The translations under genes and the position numbers were made by a program. From an uncultured delta proteobacterium (lineage in GTDB: Bacteria > Desulfobacterota > RBG-13-43-22): a stretch of 64,000 nt of DNA. Shown in pieces: positions 51,145 to 61,892 of the stretch. How positions within the stretch are numbered: the first letter of the stretch is position 1; each line of letters opens with the position of its first letter. The stretch is from the NCBI GenBank assembly GCA_963743305.1, contig CAVUPH010000024.1, positions 1 to 64,000 on the forward strand, read 5' to 3'. The notes under the pieces were generated by a model. The model had not been told where the DNA came from and did no database searches. It saw only the letters and a list, made by a program, of their open reading frames with translations.

Positions 51145-52503
51145 TCAGAATCCAATTTTGCTGCTGATCGTTACCACCCGTTCCCGAATTTCTTCCCAAT
51201 CCAGGGTCAACAGCCTGCGCTGCCGCATGACCATTTGCCCGGCAATGAAGACGGTGTCCACATCCGCCCCGGAGGCCGCATAGACTAAATGGGAAAAGGG
51301 GTGGTAGAGGGGGGTCAAGTGGGGTTGGTTCAGATTGATCAAAATCAAATCCGCCTGTTTGCCCACTTCCAAAGAACCGATTTCTTTTTCCAGCCCCAGG
51401 ACCTTGGCCGCCTCCAGGGTAGCCATTTCCAGGACCGAATGGGCCCCCAACAGGGTAGGGTCGAGGCGATGGACCTTGTGTAGGCGAGCAGTGGTACCCA
51501 TTTCCCGGAAGAGATCCAGGTCATTATTGCCGGCACAGCCGTCCGTGCCCAACCCCACGACTATTCCCCGCGCCAGCAGTTCCACCACCGGGGTCACTCC
51601 CGCCCCCAGCTTCATATTGCTCTCCGGGCAATGACTGACGCTCACCCCGGCTCGGGCCAGGAGTGCCATTTCCTCCTGATCCGGATAATTCACATGGACC
51701 CCGATAGTGGAATCATCCAGACAACCCAACCTATGCAAATAACGAACCGGGGTCAGACCGGTTTGACTCTGGACCATGGCCACCTCCTCCTTGGTTTCCG
51801 CCAAGTGAATAAATAAAGGAATCGCCTTTTCCAGGGCCAGGGCCCTGGCCTTTTTAAGGGTCTTCGCGGAGCAGGTGTAAGGAGAATGGGGGAACAACCC
51901 CAGTCGGATCCGAGGAGATCGTCCGGACCATTTTTCGATGAAATCCCGGGCCGAGCGGATATTGTCGGCCGGGTCCGGGACCCCCGGGGCTGGAAAATCA
52001 ATCACCCCCGGGGCCAGGACAGCCCGCATGCCGGACTGATAAATCGCTCGGGCAGCGCCATCCAAACAAAAATAGCCGTCGGCCAGGGTGGTGGTCCCGG
52101 ACCGGATCATCTCAGCGCAAGCCAGCAGGCTTCCCCAATAAACCGTCTCCGGATTGATAAACCGCGCCTCCGCGGGAAAGATATGTTTTTCCAGCCAGTC
52201 CTTCAAGGGCAGGTCGTCGGCCAGTCCCCGGAAAAGGGTCATGGCCGAATGGGTGTGGGTATTGATCAGTCCCGGCAGGACCAGAACCCCCCGGCCGTCA
52301 ATCACTTCCCGGGCCGTCCAGCGCTCCGGACAGCGCGCACCGAGATACATTATCCGGCCGTTTTTGATGCCCAGGGCGCCCGCCGGGATCGGCTCCGGAA
52401 AGATGGGGGACATGGTCAGGATCAGCGCGTCCCTGATCAAAAAATCAAAATCTTCCACTATCCGGTTCTCCAGGGGTTGTTTTGATTCTTGATTTTTGGT
52501 CAT
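51145..52503 (-). CDS. MtaD/DadD-like amidohydrolase (MTA/SAH/5'-dAdo deaminase family)
   Basis: NTHTH, IHLAET, HCPESNMKL and GTDG. Confidence 0.88.
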   Translation of the reverse strand: MTKNQESKQPLENRIVEDFDFLIRDALILTMSPIFPEPIPAGALGIKNGRIMYLGARCPERWTAREVIDGRGVLVLPGLINTHTHSAMTLFRGLADDLPLKDWLEKHIFPAEARFINPETVYWGSLLACAEMIRSGTTTLADGYFCLDGAARAIYQSGMRAVLAPGVIDFPAPGVPDPADNIRSARDFIEKWSGRSPRIRLGLFPHSPYTCSAKTLKKARALALEKAIPLFIHLAETKEEVAMVQSQTGLTPVRYLHRLGCLDDSTIGVHVNYPDQEEMALLARAGVSVSHCPESNMKLGAGVTPVVELLARGIVVGLGTDGCAGNNDLDLFREMGTTARLHKVHRLDPTLLGAHSVLEMATLEAAKVLGLEKEIGSLEVGKQADLILINLNQPHLTPLYHPFSHLVYAASGADVDTVFIAGQMVMRQRRLLTLDWEEIRERVVTISSKIGF

Positions 52504-52516
52504 TTATTAATGACGC

Positions 52517-52609
52517 TTCGCCCTTTTGGGTGAGTACCCCCTAGATCTGGTATGGCCTGATTTCAGTCTAATCTACTAGATATTGTGGCCACCCACCCAA
52601 AAGGGCGAA
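52517..52609. repeat. Intergenic inverted repeat
   Basis: TTCGCCCTTTTGGGTG ... CACCCAAAAGGGCGAA. Confidence 0.7.
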
Positions 52610-52617
52610 CAACCTTA

Positions 52618-53961
52618 TTAATTTAGCCGGGCCAGCCGCAAAGACTCAGCGAAACGATTCGCCCGGGATAAAATTTCTTTAAGATCCAAGGTCAACAGCT
52701 CCCGGTTCTTCATCACCGTTCGGCCATTGATGATCACCCGGGTGACATCGGCACCCCGGGCCGCGTAAACTAGATGGGAATAGATGTTATAAAGTGGAGT
52801 CAGGTGCGGTTGATCCAGGTCCAAGAGTATAATATCGGCTTTTTTTTCGGGCTCCAGGGACCCCACCTGGGATTCCAGCCCCAGGACCCGGGCCCCGCCG
52901 CGGGTAGCCATCCGGAACACGGTGCGGGCATCCATGACGGTGGGATCCAGACGATGGACCTTATGCAGTTTGGCCGCCGAGTCCATTTCCTGAAACAAGT
53001 CCAAATTGTTGTTGCTGGCGCAGCCGTCGGTCCCCAGGCCGACGCAGACCCCCCCGCGTAACAGCTCTACCACCGGGGCCACCCCGGAGGCCAGTTTCAT
53101 ATTACTTTCCGGGCAATGGACCACCTTGACCCCCGCGGCCGCCAGGGTTTTCTGGTCGGTCTCCGAGAGTACCACGCAGTGCACGGCGATCAGTTGCTCG
53201 TCGAGCAACCCCAATCGGGCCAGGTGCTGGGTCGGCGAGACCCCGTATTGTTTCAAAATCTGATCGGCTTCGGTTTGAGTTTCCGCCAGATGGATGATCA
53301 GGGGAACCCCGGTTTCAGCGGATAACCTTTTGGCCTGAAGGAGCAGCTCCGGGCCGCAGGTGAACGGGGTGTGGGGTTCAACGGCCACGGAAATCAGGGG
53401 GTCATCCCGGTATTTTCGGATCAGCTCACGGGTATAAGCAAACCCCTTTTCCAGGGGCCCGTAATTGGGGGAGGGAAAATCGTAAAGCACTTCCCCCACC
53501 AATGCCCGCAGGCCGGCTTCCTGGGCGGCCCGAGCCACCTGACCCTCGAAAAGGTACATGTCGCAGAAAGTGGTGGTACCGGACAAGATCATCTCCGCAC
53601 AAGCCAGCAAGGTCCCCCAATAGACCCATTCCCCGGTCAGGCGGCGTTCCGCCGGAAAGATATGGTTTTCCAGCCAATCCATCAGCGGCAGGTCGTCGGC
53701 CAAGCCGCGCAGTAAGGTCATAGCCGCATGGGTATGGCTATTGATCAAACCGGGCAAAACGGCTCCTCCGCGGGCATCAACGACTTCCTTGGCCTTTAAG
53801 GCCAACGGCGCCAGCTCTTCTTCCGCTCCTACGGCCAAGATAGAATCTCCGCTAATCGCCAGGGCCCCGGGATGAAAAATATTCAGCCGGTCATCCATGG
53901 TGACGATCAGGCCGTTTTTTATGAATAGATCAATGGGTTCTTCTGATATCCGATCGCGCAT
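52618..53961 (-). CDS. mtaD: MtaD/DadD-like amidohydrolase, second paralog
   Basis: NSHTHAAM, DMY, IHLAET, HCPESNMKLASG and GTDGCASNN. Confidence 0.88.
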   Translation of the reverse strand: MRDRISEEPIDLFIKNGLIVTMDDRLNIFHPGALAISGDSILAVGAEEELAPLALKAKEVVDARGGAVLPGLINSHTHAAMTLLRGLADDLPLMDWLENHIFPAERRLTGEWVYWGTLLACAEMILSGTTTFCDMYLFEGQVARAAQEAGLRALVGEVLYDFPSPNYGPLEKGFAYTRELIRKYRDDPLISVAVEPHTPFTCGPELLLQAKRLSAETGVPLIIHLAETQTEADQILKQYGVSPTQHLARLGLLDEQLIAVHCVVLSETDQKTLAAAGVKVVHCPESNMKLASGVAPVVELLRGGVCVGLGTDGCASNNNLDLFQEMDSAAKLHKVHRLDPTVMDARTVFRMATRGGARVLGLESQVGSLEPEKKADIILLDLDQPHLTPLYNIYSHLVYAARGADVTRVIINGRTVMKNRELLTLDLKEILSRANRFAESLRLARLN

Positions 53962-54047
53962 ATTCCTCTCTTTCTTGAACAGGTGAGATCCCTAAAAGAC
54001 TTTTTGCCGCGTGGTTTTGTGGCAAGATAGTTTTGATATTCGGTCGG

Positions 54048-54902
54048 TTAACCTGTTATCTTCCTCCCGCTCTTCAACTCCTGCGGGGTCAATTTGGAAA
54101 CCACCCCTTCGACCAGGGCCATCAATCGGGGTTCGGCTTTTCGCGCCGTGGCAATAATGGCCTTCAGCGAAGCGGGCTCCTGGCAGTCCGGTCGGTTGAC
54201 GTTGGAAATGACCGATATTCCCATTACGCGCAGACGGCACTGCACTGCGGTAATGACTTCCAGGACGGTAGACATGCCCACGGCTTGGGCCCCCATCTGT
54301 CTGAGCATTCGCGTTTCCGCCGGCGTCTCCAGGCTGGGTCCCTTGACCGCTACGTAGACCCCCCGGCGAAGAGGGATTTGTTTTTGCAGAGCCACTTTTT
54401 CGGCCAGGTCCGTCAAGCGGCGGTCATAAACGGCGGAGAGGTCGGGAAAACGGTCTCCCCAATACTCCTGGTGGGAACCTACCAGAGGATTCTCTCCGGT
54501 AAGATTGATGTGATCCATGATCAGCATCAGATCCCCGGACTCGAATCCGGGGTCCAGACCCCCGGCGGCATTGGAAACAATCAGGACCTTCACGCCTAAT
54601 CCGGCCAGTACCCGAATAGGGAAACCGATCTCCTGGGGCGCATAGCCTTCGTAGAGATGGAACCGGCCCTGGAGGGCGACTACCGGTTTACCGGCCAGGG
54701 TCCCCCAAACCAACTGGCCCTGATGGGACTCCACGGTGGAATGGGGGAAATAGGGTATTTGCTCATAGGGAATGGACCGGGCCTTTTTGATCCCGCCAGC
54801 CGACTCACCCAGACCGGTGCCCAGGATAAGTCCGATGGGGGCCTCGCCACCCATTTTCTTCTTCAAGTAGGCGACTGTTTTTAGAAATCGTTCTTTGTTC
54901 AT
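54048..54902 (-). CDS. punA: Purine nucleoside phosphorylase (trimeric type)
   Basis: GLILGTGLG, QGRFHLYEG, NAAGG, GPSLETPAE and VGMSTV. Confidence 0.92.
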   Translation of the reverse strand: MNKERFLKTVAYLKKKMGGEAPIGLILGTGLGESAGGIKKARSIPYEQIPYFPHSTVESHQGQLVWGTLAGKPVVALQGRFHLYEGYAPQEIGFPIRVLAGLGVKVLIVSNAAGGLDPGFESGDLMLIMDHINLTGENPLVGSHQEYWGDRFPDLSAVYDRRLTDLAEKVALQKQIPLRRGVYVAVKGPSLETPAETRMLRQMGAQAVGMSTVLEVITAVQCRLRVMGISVISNVNRPDCQEPASLKAIIATARKAEPRLMALVEGVVSKLTPQELKSGRKITG

Positions 54903-55199
54903 AGTTTCCTTTCCTTTGAGGCTTAGGTGAGGCCTGGATGCCGGATCGCGTCACAATTATAGGCGTGACTTGCCAGGAATGACGAGCTGACTCGACTCGT
55001 TCAAAGCCGTTTTCAGGCTTAGCGGGCTGCCCTCTGGAGCCTGTGGGTTTGATACCGAAATCCCCCTCTCGACGGCAAGAGTTGCAGAATAATGACCTAT
55101 GCTTTAATATACTAGAAATAATTGTTGAACAAGAAATTTTATCCCCATGAACCTCTCTTTTCCCTGGCAAGGGAGGGGTAAACGGAAGGTGGATTTTTT

Positions 55200-56111
55200 A
55201 TGGATCGAAGAGCTTTTTTGAAAGAGGTCGCCCTGTGGTCGGCCGGGTTGACCCTCGTTCCGCCCCTGGTGACGATGAAACCGGAAGCGCGGGCCGAAGG
55301 GAAAAAATCTATGGTGGTAGTCGGCGAAGGTTCGGATTATCCCGCCCTGGTATCCAAAGTGCTGGCCCCTTGGGGGGGGATGGCCGCCCTGGTCAAGAAA
55401 GGAGACCGAGTGGTGGTCAAGCCCAATATCGGTTGGGATCGCACCCCGGAACAGGCCGCCAATACCCACCCGGAGGTGGTCAAGGCCCTGGTCAAACAGG
55501 CCCTGGAGGCGGGGGCCGGCCAAGTGCTGGTCTTTGACCGGACCTGCAATGAGGAGCGACGTTGTTACGTCAACAGCGGGATCAAAAAAGCCGTGGAGTC
55601 CCTCGGGGACCGTCGGGTGTCCTGTCCTTTTATCGATCAGCGGAAATTTGTTCCGGTCCGTTTGGCCAAAGGTAAATCCCTCCAGGAATGGGAATTTTAC
55701 AAAGACGCCCTCGAGGCCGACTGCTATATCAACGTACCGGTGGCCAAACATCACTCCTCGGCCGGTCTCAGCCTGGGTCTGAAGAACATCATGGGGGTCC
55801 TCGGCGGTTCTCGCGGCAAGATCCACTTTTCTTTGGGACAGCGGATCGCCGATCTGAATCTGGTGATCAAACCTCGAGTAACGGTCATCGACGCTACCCG
55901 GATCCTGCTGCGCAACGGTCCTCAGGGAGGCGATCTTAGGGACGTAAAGACGCTCAATACCCTGATGGCCTCCACCGACATCGTGGCCGTAGACGCCTAC
56001 GCCACCACCCTTTTCCAATTAAAACCGGAAGAGGTGGAATCCACCCGGGCGGCCTATCAATTGGGTCTGGGGGAAATCGACCTGAAGAAAATAAAGATCC
56101 TTAAAGTCTAG
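55200..56111 (+). CDS. DUF362-family protein with Tat signal
   Basis: MDRRAFLK Tat motif, VVVKPNI, INVPVAKHH..LSLGLKN and DIVAVDA. Confidence 0.85.
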   Translation: MDRRAFLKEVALWSAGLTLVPPLVTMKPEARAEGKKSMVVVGEGSDYPALVSKVLAPWGGMAALVKKGDRVVVKPNIGWDRTPEQAANTHPEVVKALVKQALEAGAGQVLVFDRTCNEERRCYVNSGIKKAVESLGDRRVSCPFIDQRKFVPVRLAKGKSLQEWEFYKDALEADCYINVPVAKHHSSAGLSLGLKNIMGVLGGSRGKIHFSLGQRIADLNLVIKPRVTVIDATRILLRNGPQGGDLRDVKTLNTLMASTDIVAVDAYATTLFQLKPEEVESTRAAYQLGLGEIDLKKIKILKV

Positions 56112-56166
56112 CCAAAACGCAATTAGACCTTTCATTTTAACTGAATTGGATATGTGCCCCTATTCT

Positions 56167-56247
56167 GTCATTGCGAGCAAAGCGAAGCAATCCCCCGGTC
56201 GAGCTTCTAAACTAATTGGGGGATTGCTTCGCTTTGCTCGCAATGAC
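56167..56247. repeat. GTCATTGCGAG...CTCGCAATGAC REP-like palindrome
   Basis: Near-perfect inverted repeat, same family as 7196 and 9041. Confidence 0.85.
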
Positions 56248-56307
56248 TACTCTTTTTCGTTTTCTGCGGTGGAATCACCCGGTGAAGGCCTAAGAAAAGA
56301 GTAATTC

Positions 56308-57858
56308 ATGGCTTCTAAAAAAGTTTCCGCTTGGCGTTGGGGAAGGAGGCTTTCCCAGGGTTTCTTCCTGGTCCTCTTCCTGCTGCTCTTTCGCCTGACC
56401 GATTACAGCGGCCGGGATGATATTCCTTACGCCGTAAATATCTTTTTCCGCCTGGATCCTCTGGTGGCCGCCAGCGCGGTACTGGCCTCACGGGCGGTCA
56501 TCACCTTGGTCTGGTATTCCCTGATCGTGGTGGTCCTGACCCTGATCCTGGGCCGGGTTTTCTGCGGCTGGTTCTGTCCCTTGGGCACCCTGCTCGATCT
56601 GTCCCATCAGCTCATCCCTCCCCGGAAGGACGCCCGACCAAACCGCTTCCGCACCTGGAAATATCTTCTCCTGGGCTTTATTCTGCTGACCGCCTTGCTG
56701 GGGCTGCCGCTGGTGGGTTACTTTGACCCCTTTTCCATCCTGGTGCGGAGTTTGACGGTCTCGGTGGATCCTTTTTTTAATCGGGTCATCACCGCCCCGT
56801 TCGACTTCTTGTACCGTTACGGCCCCTCCTGGATTTCAGCCATCAGCGAACCGATTTACGGTGTGGTCAAAAAAACCCTTCTGCCTTATCAACAGAAAGT
56901 GTTTACCCTTAGCCTGGTGTCCCTCCTCATTCTCCTCACGGTCTTTGGGCTGGAGCGTCTGGGGCGCCGTTTCTGGTGCCGCAATCTCTGCCCGCTGGGG
57001 GGACTGCTGGCGTTGCTTTCTCGGTTCTCCTGGCTGCGGGGACGCCACGATGAAACCGCCTGCACCCAGTGCGGTCTGTGCGCCAAAGTCTGCCGCCTCG
57101 GGGCCGTCGATGCAGATCGCCGTATCTCCCCCGCGGACTGCAACCTCTGCCTGGATTGCCAGGACCTCTGCCCGGAGCAGATTATCGGCTTTACGTTTAA
57201 AAAACCGGCCACCCCACAGCCGGCGCTCGGAATTTCCCGCCGGGCCTTCGCCGGAATGCTGGCTTCGGGTCTGGTGCTCCCGGCTTATTCCCAAATCGGG
57301 GCCCAAAACAGACTGGTCAATCCGGAATTAATCAGACCACCGGGTTCCCTGGAGGAAAAACGATTCCTGGACCGCTGTGTGCGCTGCGGGGAGTGTCTGA
57401 AGGTCTGCCCTTTGAACGCCTTGCACCCCATCGGTCTAGAATCCGGCTGGGGCGGTATCTTCACCCCCAGACTGATCCCCCGGATCGGCTACTGCGAGTT
57501 CAATTGCACCCTCTGCGGCCAGGTCTGCCCTACCGGGGCGATCGAGCATTTGGATCTCCCCCGAAAACAGAAGATCGTCATCGGTCTGGCCCATTTTGAC
57601 AAAAACCGTTGTCTGCCTTATGCCCGCGGCGTCGCTTGTATCGTTTGCGAAGAGCATTGCCCCACACCGGACAAGGCCATCAAATTTAGGGAGGTCGAGG
57701 TACTCGATCAAAACGGCCGACTGGTCCGGATGAAACAGCCCTACGTCATCGATCGCCTTTGTATCGGGTGCGGGATCTGCGAAAACAAATGCCCTCTGGA
57801 GGGGAAGGCGGCGGTCTTGGTGACCCGAGGTTCGACGGGGATGATGAATTATGGATAA
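56308..57858 (+). CDS. Membrane polyferredoxin (NapH/MauN-like fused to MauM/NapG-like 4Fe-4S domains)
   Basis: GRVFCGWFCPLG, RFWCRNLCPLG, many CxxCxxCxxxCP motifs and IRPPG. Confidence 0.88.
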   Translation: MASKKVSAWRWGRRLSQGFFLVLFLLLFRLTDYSGRDDIPYAVNIFFRLDPLVAASAVLASRAVITLVWYSLIVVVLTLILGRVFCGWFCPLGTLLDLSHQLIPPRKDARPNRFRTWKYLLLGFILLTALLGLPLVGYFDPFSILVRSLTVSVDPFFNRVITAPFDFLYRYGPSWISAISEPIYGVVKKTLLPYQQKVFTLSLVSLLILLTVFGLERLGRRFWCRNLCPLGGLLALLSRFSWLRGRHDETACTQCGLCAKVCRLGAVDADRRISPADCNLCLDCQDLCPEQIIGFTFKKPATPQPALGISRRAFAGMLASGLVLPAYSQIGAQNRLVNPELIRPPGSLEEKRFLDRCVRCGECLKVCPLNALHPIGLESGWGGIFTPRLIPRIGYCEFNCTLCGQVCPTGAIEHLDLPRKQKIVIGLAHFDKNRCLPYARGVACIVCEEHCPTPDKAIKFREVEVLDQNGRLVRMKQPYVIDRLCIGCGICENKCPLEGKAAVLVTRGSTGMMNYG

Positions 57859-57863
57859 GTGGT

Positions 57864-58959
57864 TTATTGTTTTTTCTTGGTTTTAGACCACAAAAAGGCT
57901 TCAATAAAGGGATCAATATTTCCGTTTAAGACACTGTCCACATTTCCTATTTCCAATTGAGTTCGGTGATCTTTCACCAGTCGGTAAGGGGCTAAGGTGT
58001 ATGAACGGATTTGGCTCCCCCAAGATATCTCCGACTGCCCTTCGTGGAGTTCCCGCTTTTTTTCTTCTTTTTTCTGCAACTCCAATTCGTACAGGCGTGA
58101 TTTCAGCACTTTAAAGGCCATATCCTTGTTCCGGTGCTGAGACTTTTCGTTTTGACATTGGACGACGATCCCAGTGGGAAAATGGGTCAGCCGAATAGCC
58201 GAACTGGTTTTATTGACGTGCTGGCCGCCGGCGCCGCTGGCCCGAAAAGTATCCACCCGCACATCCGCTTCGTTGACTTCGATATCGAGGTCCTCTTCCA
58301 CTTCCGGATAAACAAAAACGGAGGCAAAGGAGGTGTGCCGCCGTCCTCCGGCATCGAAGGGAGAGATTCGGACCAGACGGTGAATCCCGGTTTCAGAGTG
58401 AAGATACCCGTAGGCGTATTTCCCTTCCACGGTAAAGGTCACGCTTTTGGTGCCGGCCTCATCCCCGGGAAGCATATCGATCACTTCGGTCTTGTAATTC
58501 CGCGTTTCCGCCCAGCGCAGATACATGCGTAAAAGCATTTCGGCCCAATCCTGGGCCTCGGTACCGCCGGCCCCGGCATGAATGGCCACAATGGCATTGT
58601 TGCTGTCGGTTTCCCCGGAAAGAAGCTTGGTAAACTCCATTTGCGAAAGCTTTTTTTGGAGGGCCCCCAGCTTCTCCCGGACCTCGGCGAGCGTCTCGTT
58701 ATCCGCCTCTTCCTGGGCCAGATCAAGGAGGATCTCCGTTTCCTCCAATTGGTCCCGGGTCTCCTCCCATTCGCCGAGGGCGTTGAGGATTTTCCCCCGC
58801 TCCTTCAATAAAACCCGGGCTTGATCGGGCTGGTTCCAGAATTGGTCTTGGGCGATCGCCTTTTCTAAGACTTGTAAACGGGCCTGTTTCCCTTCCAGGT
58901 CAAAGATATTCTCCCAATTTAAATAATCGGTCTCTGGCCTGATCGATTTCTTCGCGCAT
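57864..58959 (-). CDS. prfB: Peptide chain release factor 2 with programmed +1 frameshift
   Basis: GGQ and SPF motifs. The leader MREEIDQARDRLFKLGEYL ends at CTT TGA C (58899-58905) and continues in +1 frame as DLEGKQARL. Confidence 0.95.
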
Positions 58960-58964
58960 ATTCT

Positions 58965-60578
58965 TTATCTCCTTTTTTTTATTCTACTTTTACGAATGAT
59001 CCACCCTTTGCCGAGCAATCCGCTGATGACCACCAAAAAACAAATTCCCACCAGCCAATCACCGTAGCGGCTATAAAATGTGCTTCCTTCCCTCAAAGGT
59101 ATTATAGCCTGAATGGTGGCTTTTTCAAAGAGGGAACTTTTCCGAACTATTCGGCCGGAGGAATCGATCAGGGCACTGAAACCGGTATTGGCCGCACGGG
59201 CGATCCAGACCCTGTTTTCCACCGCCCGTAAAGTTAACATGGAAAGGTGCTGGTAGGGGGCTGAAGTCTGCCCGAACCAGGCGTCATTGGTGATATTTAC
59301 TAATAGACGGCAACCGTCCTGTCTTAAAGCCCGACTGAGTTCGGGAAAGATGCTTTCGAAGCAAACCAAGACCCCGATTTTCCCCTGGGGAAGGTTGAGC
59401 CCATAAGGCCGGGGACCGGCACTGAAATCACCAATCGATTCCACCATCCGGCTGACAAAAGGCAGGAACCGTTTCAGGGGAACGTATTCGCCGAAGGGCA
59501 CTAAATGAACCTTATCATAATAGGCCACTTGACCGGACGGGGAGAGCAGGTAAGCCCGATTATAATATTGAAGACGATTGTTTTGTTGGCCCACGGCCGG
59601 GCTTCCAAAAAGCAAATAGGCATTGCTTTCACGACTCAACTCAAAAAGTCTTCCGGTAAGCCGTTGCTCATTGAGAAAGTAAAACGGGACAGCGGTTTCC
59701 GGCCAGATCAACAAAGGGCTGGTTTTACCTAAGAGGGCTTTTGTTTCTATTTTGGAGAGCGCCGAAAGGGATTCATTAGATAAATCGGTATAAATATTAA
59801 TAGTTTTCTCTTGATAAGCAGGATCCCACTTTAATGATTGATCTATATTCCCCTGAATAATAGAGACCTCTAACTTTTCGGAGTGGTCATCAGCCTTCCG
59901 CTCTGCAGGCAAAGCAGCGTAACCATAGGCAATAACCAGGAGCATCAGACCTCCGGCCAGCACCGCTTCGCCCCATTTAGCGGACCACGGACGATAGTCG
60001 CCGGACTTTAGAAAAATATTGTAAAGGGCTTGATTTATTATGATAATTAAAAATGAAAGTCCATAAACTCCGGTGAATTCAACGATCTGAATCAGGGGAA
60101 GCACGTTATACTGACTGTAACCGATCAAAGCCCAGGGAAACCCGGAGAGCAGGACGGCTCGCAGATACTCTAATCCGACCCACAGGGACGGGGCCCAGAT
60201 CAGGGAGAAAAGCCCGCCAGCCGGGAATAAACCCCAAAGAAACCCGAAGACTGCTGGAAACAGGGCCAAATACAGGGCTAAAAGGACCAGCATGGAGATA
60301 CTGATCGGGGCACTGAGGTGGCCGTAATAGCGCATGGAGTGGGTGACCCAGTAAAAAACACCCAGGGAATAAATAAACCCCATGGTGTAGCCAAGGGACA
60401 GGCGCTTCCGGGCGGGTTGACCTTCAAGGGACTTGAATAAGGGAATAAAAGCGATCCAGGCCAGTAACGACCAGGACGTTTTGGGAAATGAAAGGGTGAG
60501 TAAGGCGGCGCTTAAAAGAAGATAGCCAAGTTGTTGTCCTCTTTTATGGGAGAAAAGCGACTCCACCGTCGGCGACAT
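58965..60578 (-). CDS. lnt: Apolipoprotein N-acyltransferase
   Basis: WPETA, KVHLVPFGEY, CFESIF, TNDAWF and RAANTG. Confidence 0.95.
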   Translation of the reverse strand: MSPTVESLFSHKRGQQLGYLLLSAALLTLSFPKTSWSLLAWIAFIPLFKSLEGQPARKRLSLGYTMGFIYSLGVFYWVTHSMRYYGHLSAPISISMLVLLALYLALFPAVFGFLWGLFPAGGLFSLIWAPSLWVGLEYLRAVLLSGFPWALIGYSQYNVLPLIQIVEFTGVYGLSFLIIIINQALYNIFLKSGDYRPWSAKWGEAVLAGGLMLLVIAYGYAALPAERKADDHSEKLEVSIIQGNIDQSLKWDPAYQEKTINIYTDLSNESLSALSKIETKALLGKTSPLLIWPETAVPFYFLNEQRLTGRLFELSRESNAYLLFGSPAVGQQNNRLQYYNRAYLLSPSGQVAYYDKVHLVPFGEYVPLKRFLPFVSRMVESIGDFSAGPRPYGLNLPQGKIGVLVCFESIFPELSRALRQDGCRLLVNITNDAWFGQTSAPYQHLSMLTLRAVENRVWIARAANTGFSALIDSSGRIVRKSSLFEKATIQAIIPLREGSTFYSRYGDWLVGICFLVVISGLLGKGWIIRKSRIKKRR

Positions 60579-60605
60579 GGATTGGTTGGGGGGATAGAAA
60601 AGGGC

Positions 60606-61205
60606 TTAACTGAAATGGTTTAATTTATAATAAGTCTGGTAGCGCAGCACTTTGGAAAGATATTTTTTCGTGTCTTTAAAGGGCGGGACACCATTGTGGC
60701 GTAGGACCTGATTCGGGCCCGCATTATAGGCCGCTATAGCCAGATGTTTGTCTCCATTAAAAGCATCCAACATTTCCCGCAGGTAGCGAACCCCTCCATA
60801 GATATTGTACTTGGGATTGAAGGGGTCGGTGATTCCCAATTCTTCTACCGTGATGGGATCAATCTGCATCAATCCCTTAGCACCTTTCGGAGAAACGGCC
60901 AAAGGGTCAAACCGGGATTCGGCATGAATTACTGCTTTTACCAGGGCTGGATCCAGGGCATACTTTTGGGATGCGCTCCGAATCCAATGATCGTAGGTGT
61001 TAACCGAGGCTGATCGCTCTTCGAGGGTCAGGTGATATAAACGAGCGTCTGGAATTGGAGTCTGTTCCGCGAGGGCAATTTTTTCGCTGAAAAACTCCTG
61101 CGATACCCCCTCTTTCTCGGGAAAAAGGATAAAGAATCCATTCAATCCCAGAATCAACCCTGCCACCCCTATATGAGCTATTTTTTGAATAATCTGTTTG
61201 GTCAT
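60606..61205 (-). CDS. Lytic transglycosylase (SLT domain)
   Basis: AVIHAESRF, GAKGLMQ and AAYNAG. Confidence 0.9.
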   Translation of the reverse strand: MTKQIIQKIAHIGVAGLILGLNGFFILFPEKEGVSQEFFSEKIALAEQTPIPDARLYHLTLEERSASVNTYDHWIRSASQKYALDPALVKAVIHAESRFDPLAVSPKGAKGLMQIDPITVEELGITDPFNPKYNIYGGVRYLREMLDAFNGDKHLAIAAYNAGPNQVLRHNGVPPFKDTKKYLSKVLRYQTYYKLNHFS

Positions 61206-61892
61206 AATCACAACCCGCCTTATTGCCGAAAACCCATTGCTTAAGTTTTCCCCGGTCGAATCGGTTGAGCGTTCGTACGAGTAACTATCTTGAACCAAGT
61301 TATCAAGATGAGTAAGCAATAAAAAATAAAGCTCAACCTGTTCGGCATTTTTTACCCGGATGTTATTTTTTATGGAATAGGGTAGATAATAAGGATTTCC
61401 AGGATGAATGTCAATGACTAAGTTCGGAGTTAGTCGGCCTCAACCGCTCGACTGGCCTGATTAACAATCAGAATCAGCGACCTTTAGAAAAAAAATAGGT
61501 ATTAGTTTACAAATTAAAACTTATTGTTATTGTATAATTTTTTATAAATAACTTTATATTAATTCGAGAATGGAATTCCAACCTCCCAAGGGTCCAGACC
61601 GACTCGTTCTTCAGAACAGGGTCGATCACTGCTTAAATGCTATTTTCTCGAAATGCCTTTCAGCCCATGACACCGAAAGAATTACACATCCCGAGCTCCG
61701 CAAGTCTTCGGGCTCCTACTCGATGTTCCGGTCCTGGTTATTCAAAGTGTTGCGATTTCATTACTATTTGGTTAGACTAAAAACCACTACTCGGGTTAAA
61801 TTTATTGTGCGGATTATTCTTTAAAAAATTATTGAACGGGCTATTTAACCATTTATTTTCAGGCGAGTCTAATTAGTTGAAAAATTTGATTT

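Noticed and set aside
55071-55086. Sigma54-like CGGCAAGAGTTGC upstream of DUF362
   Set aside because: GG-to-GC spacing is 8 nt rather than the required 10.
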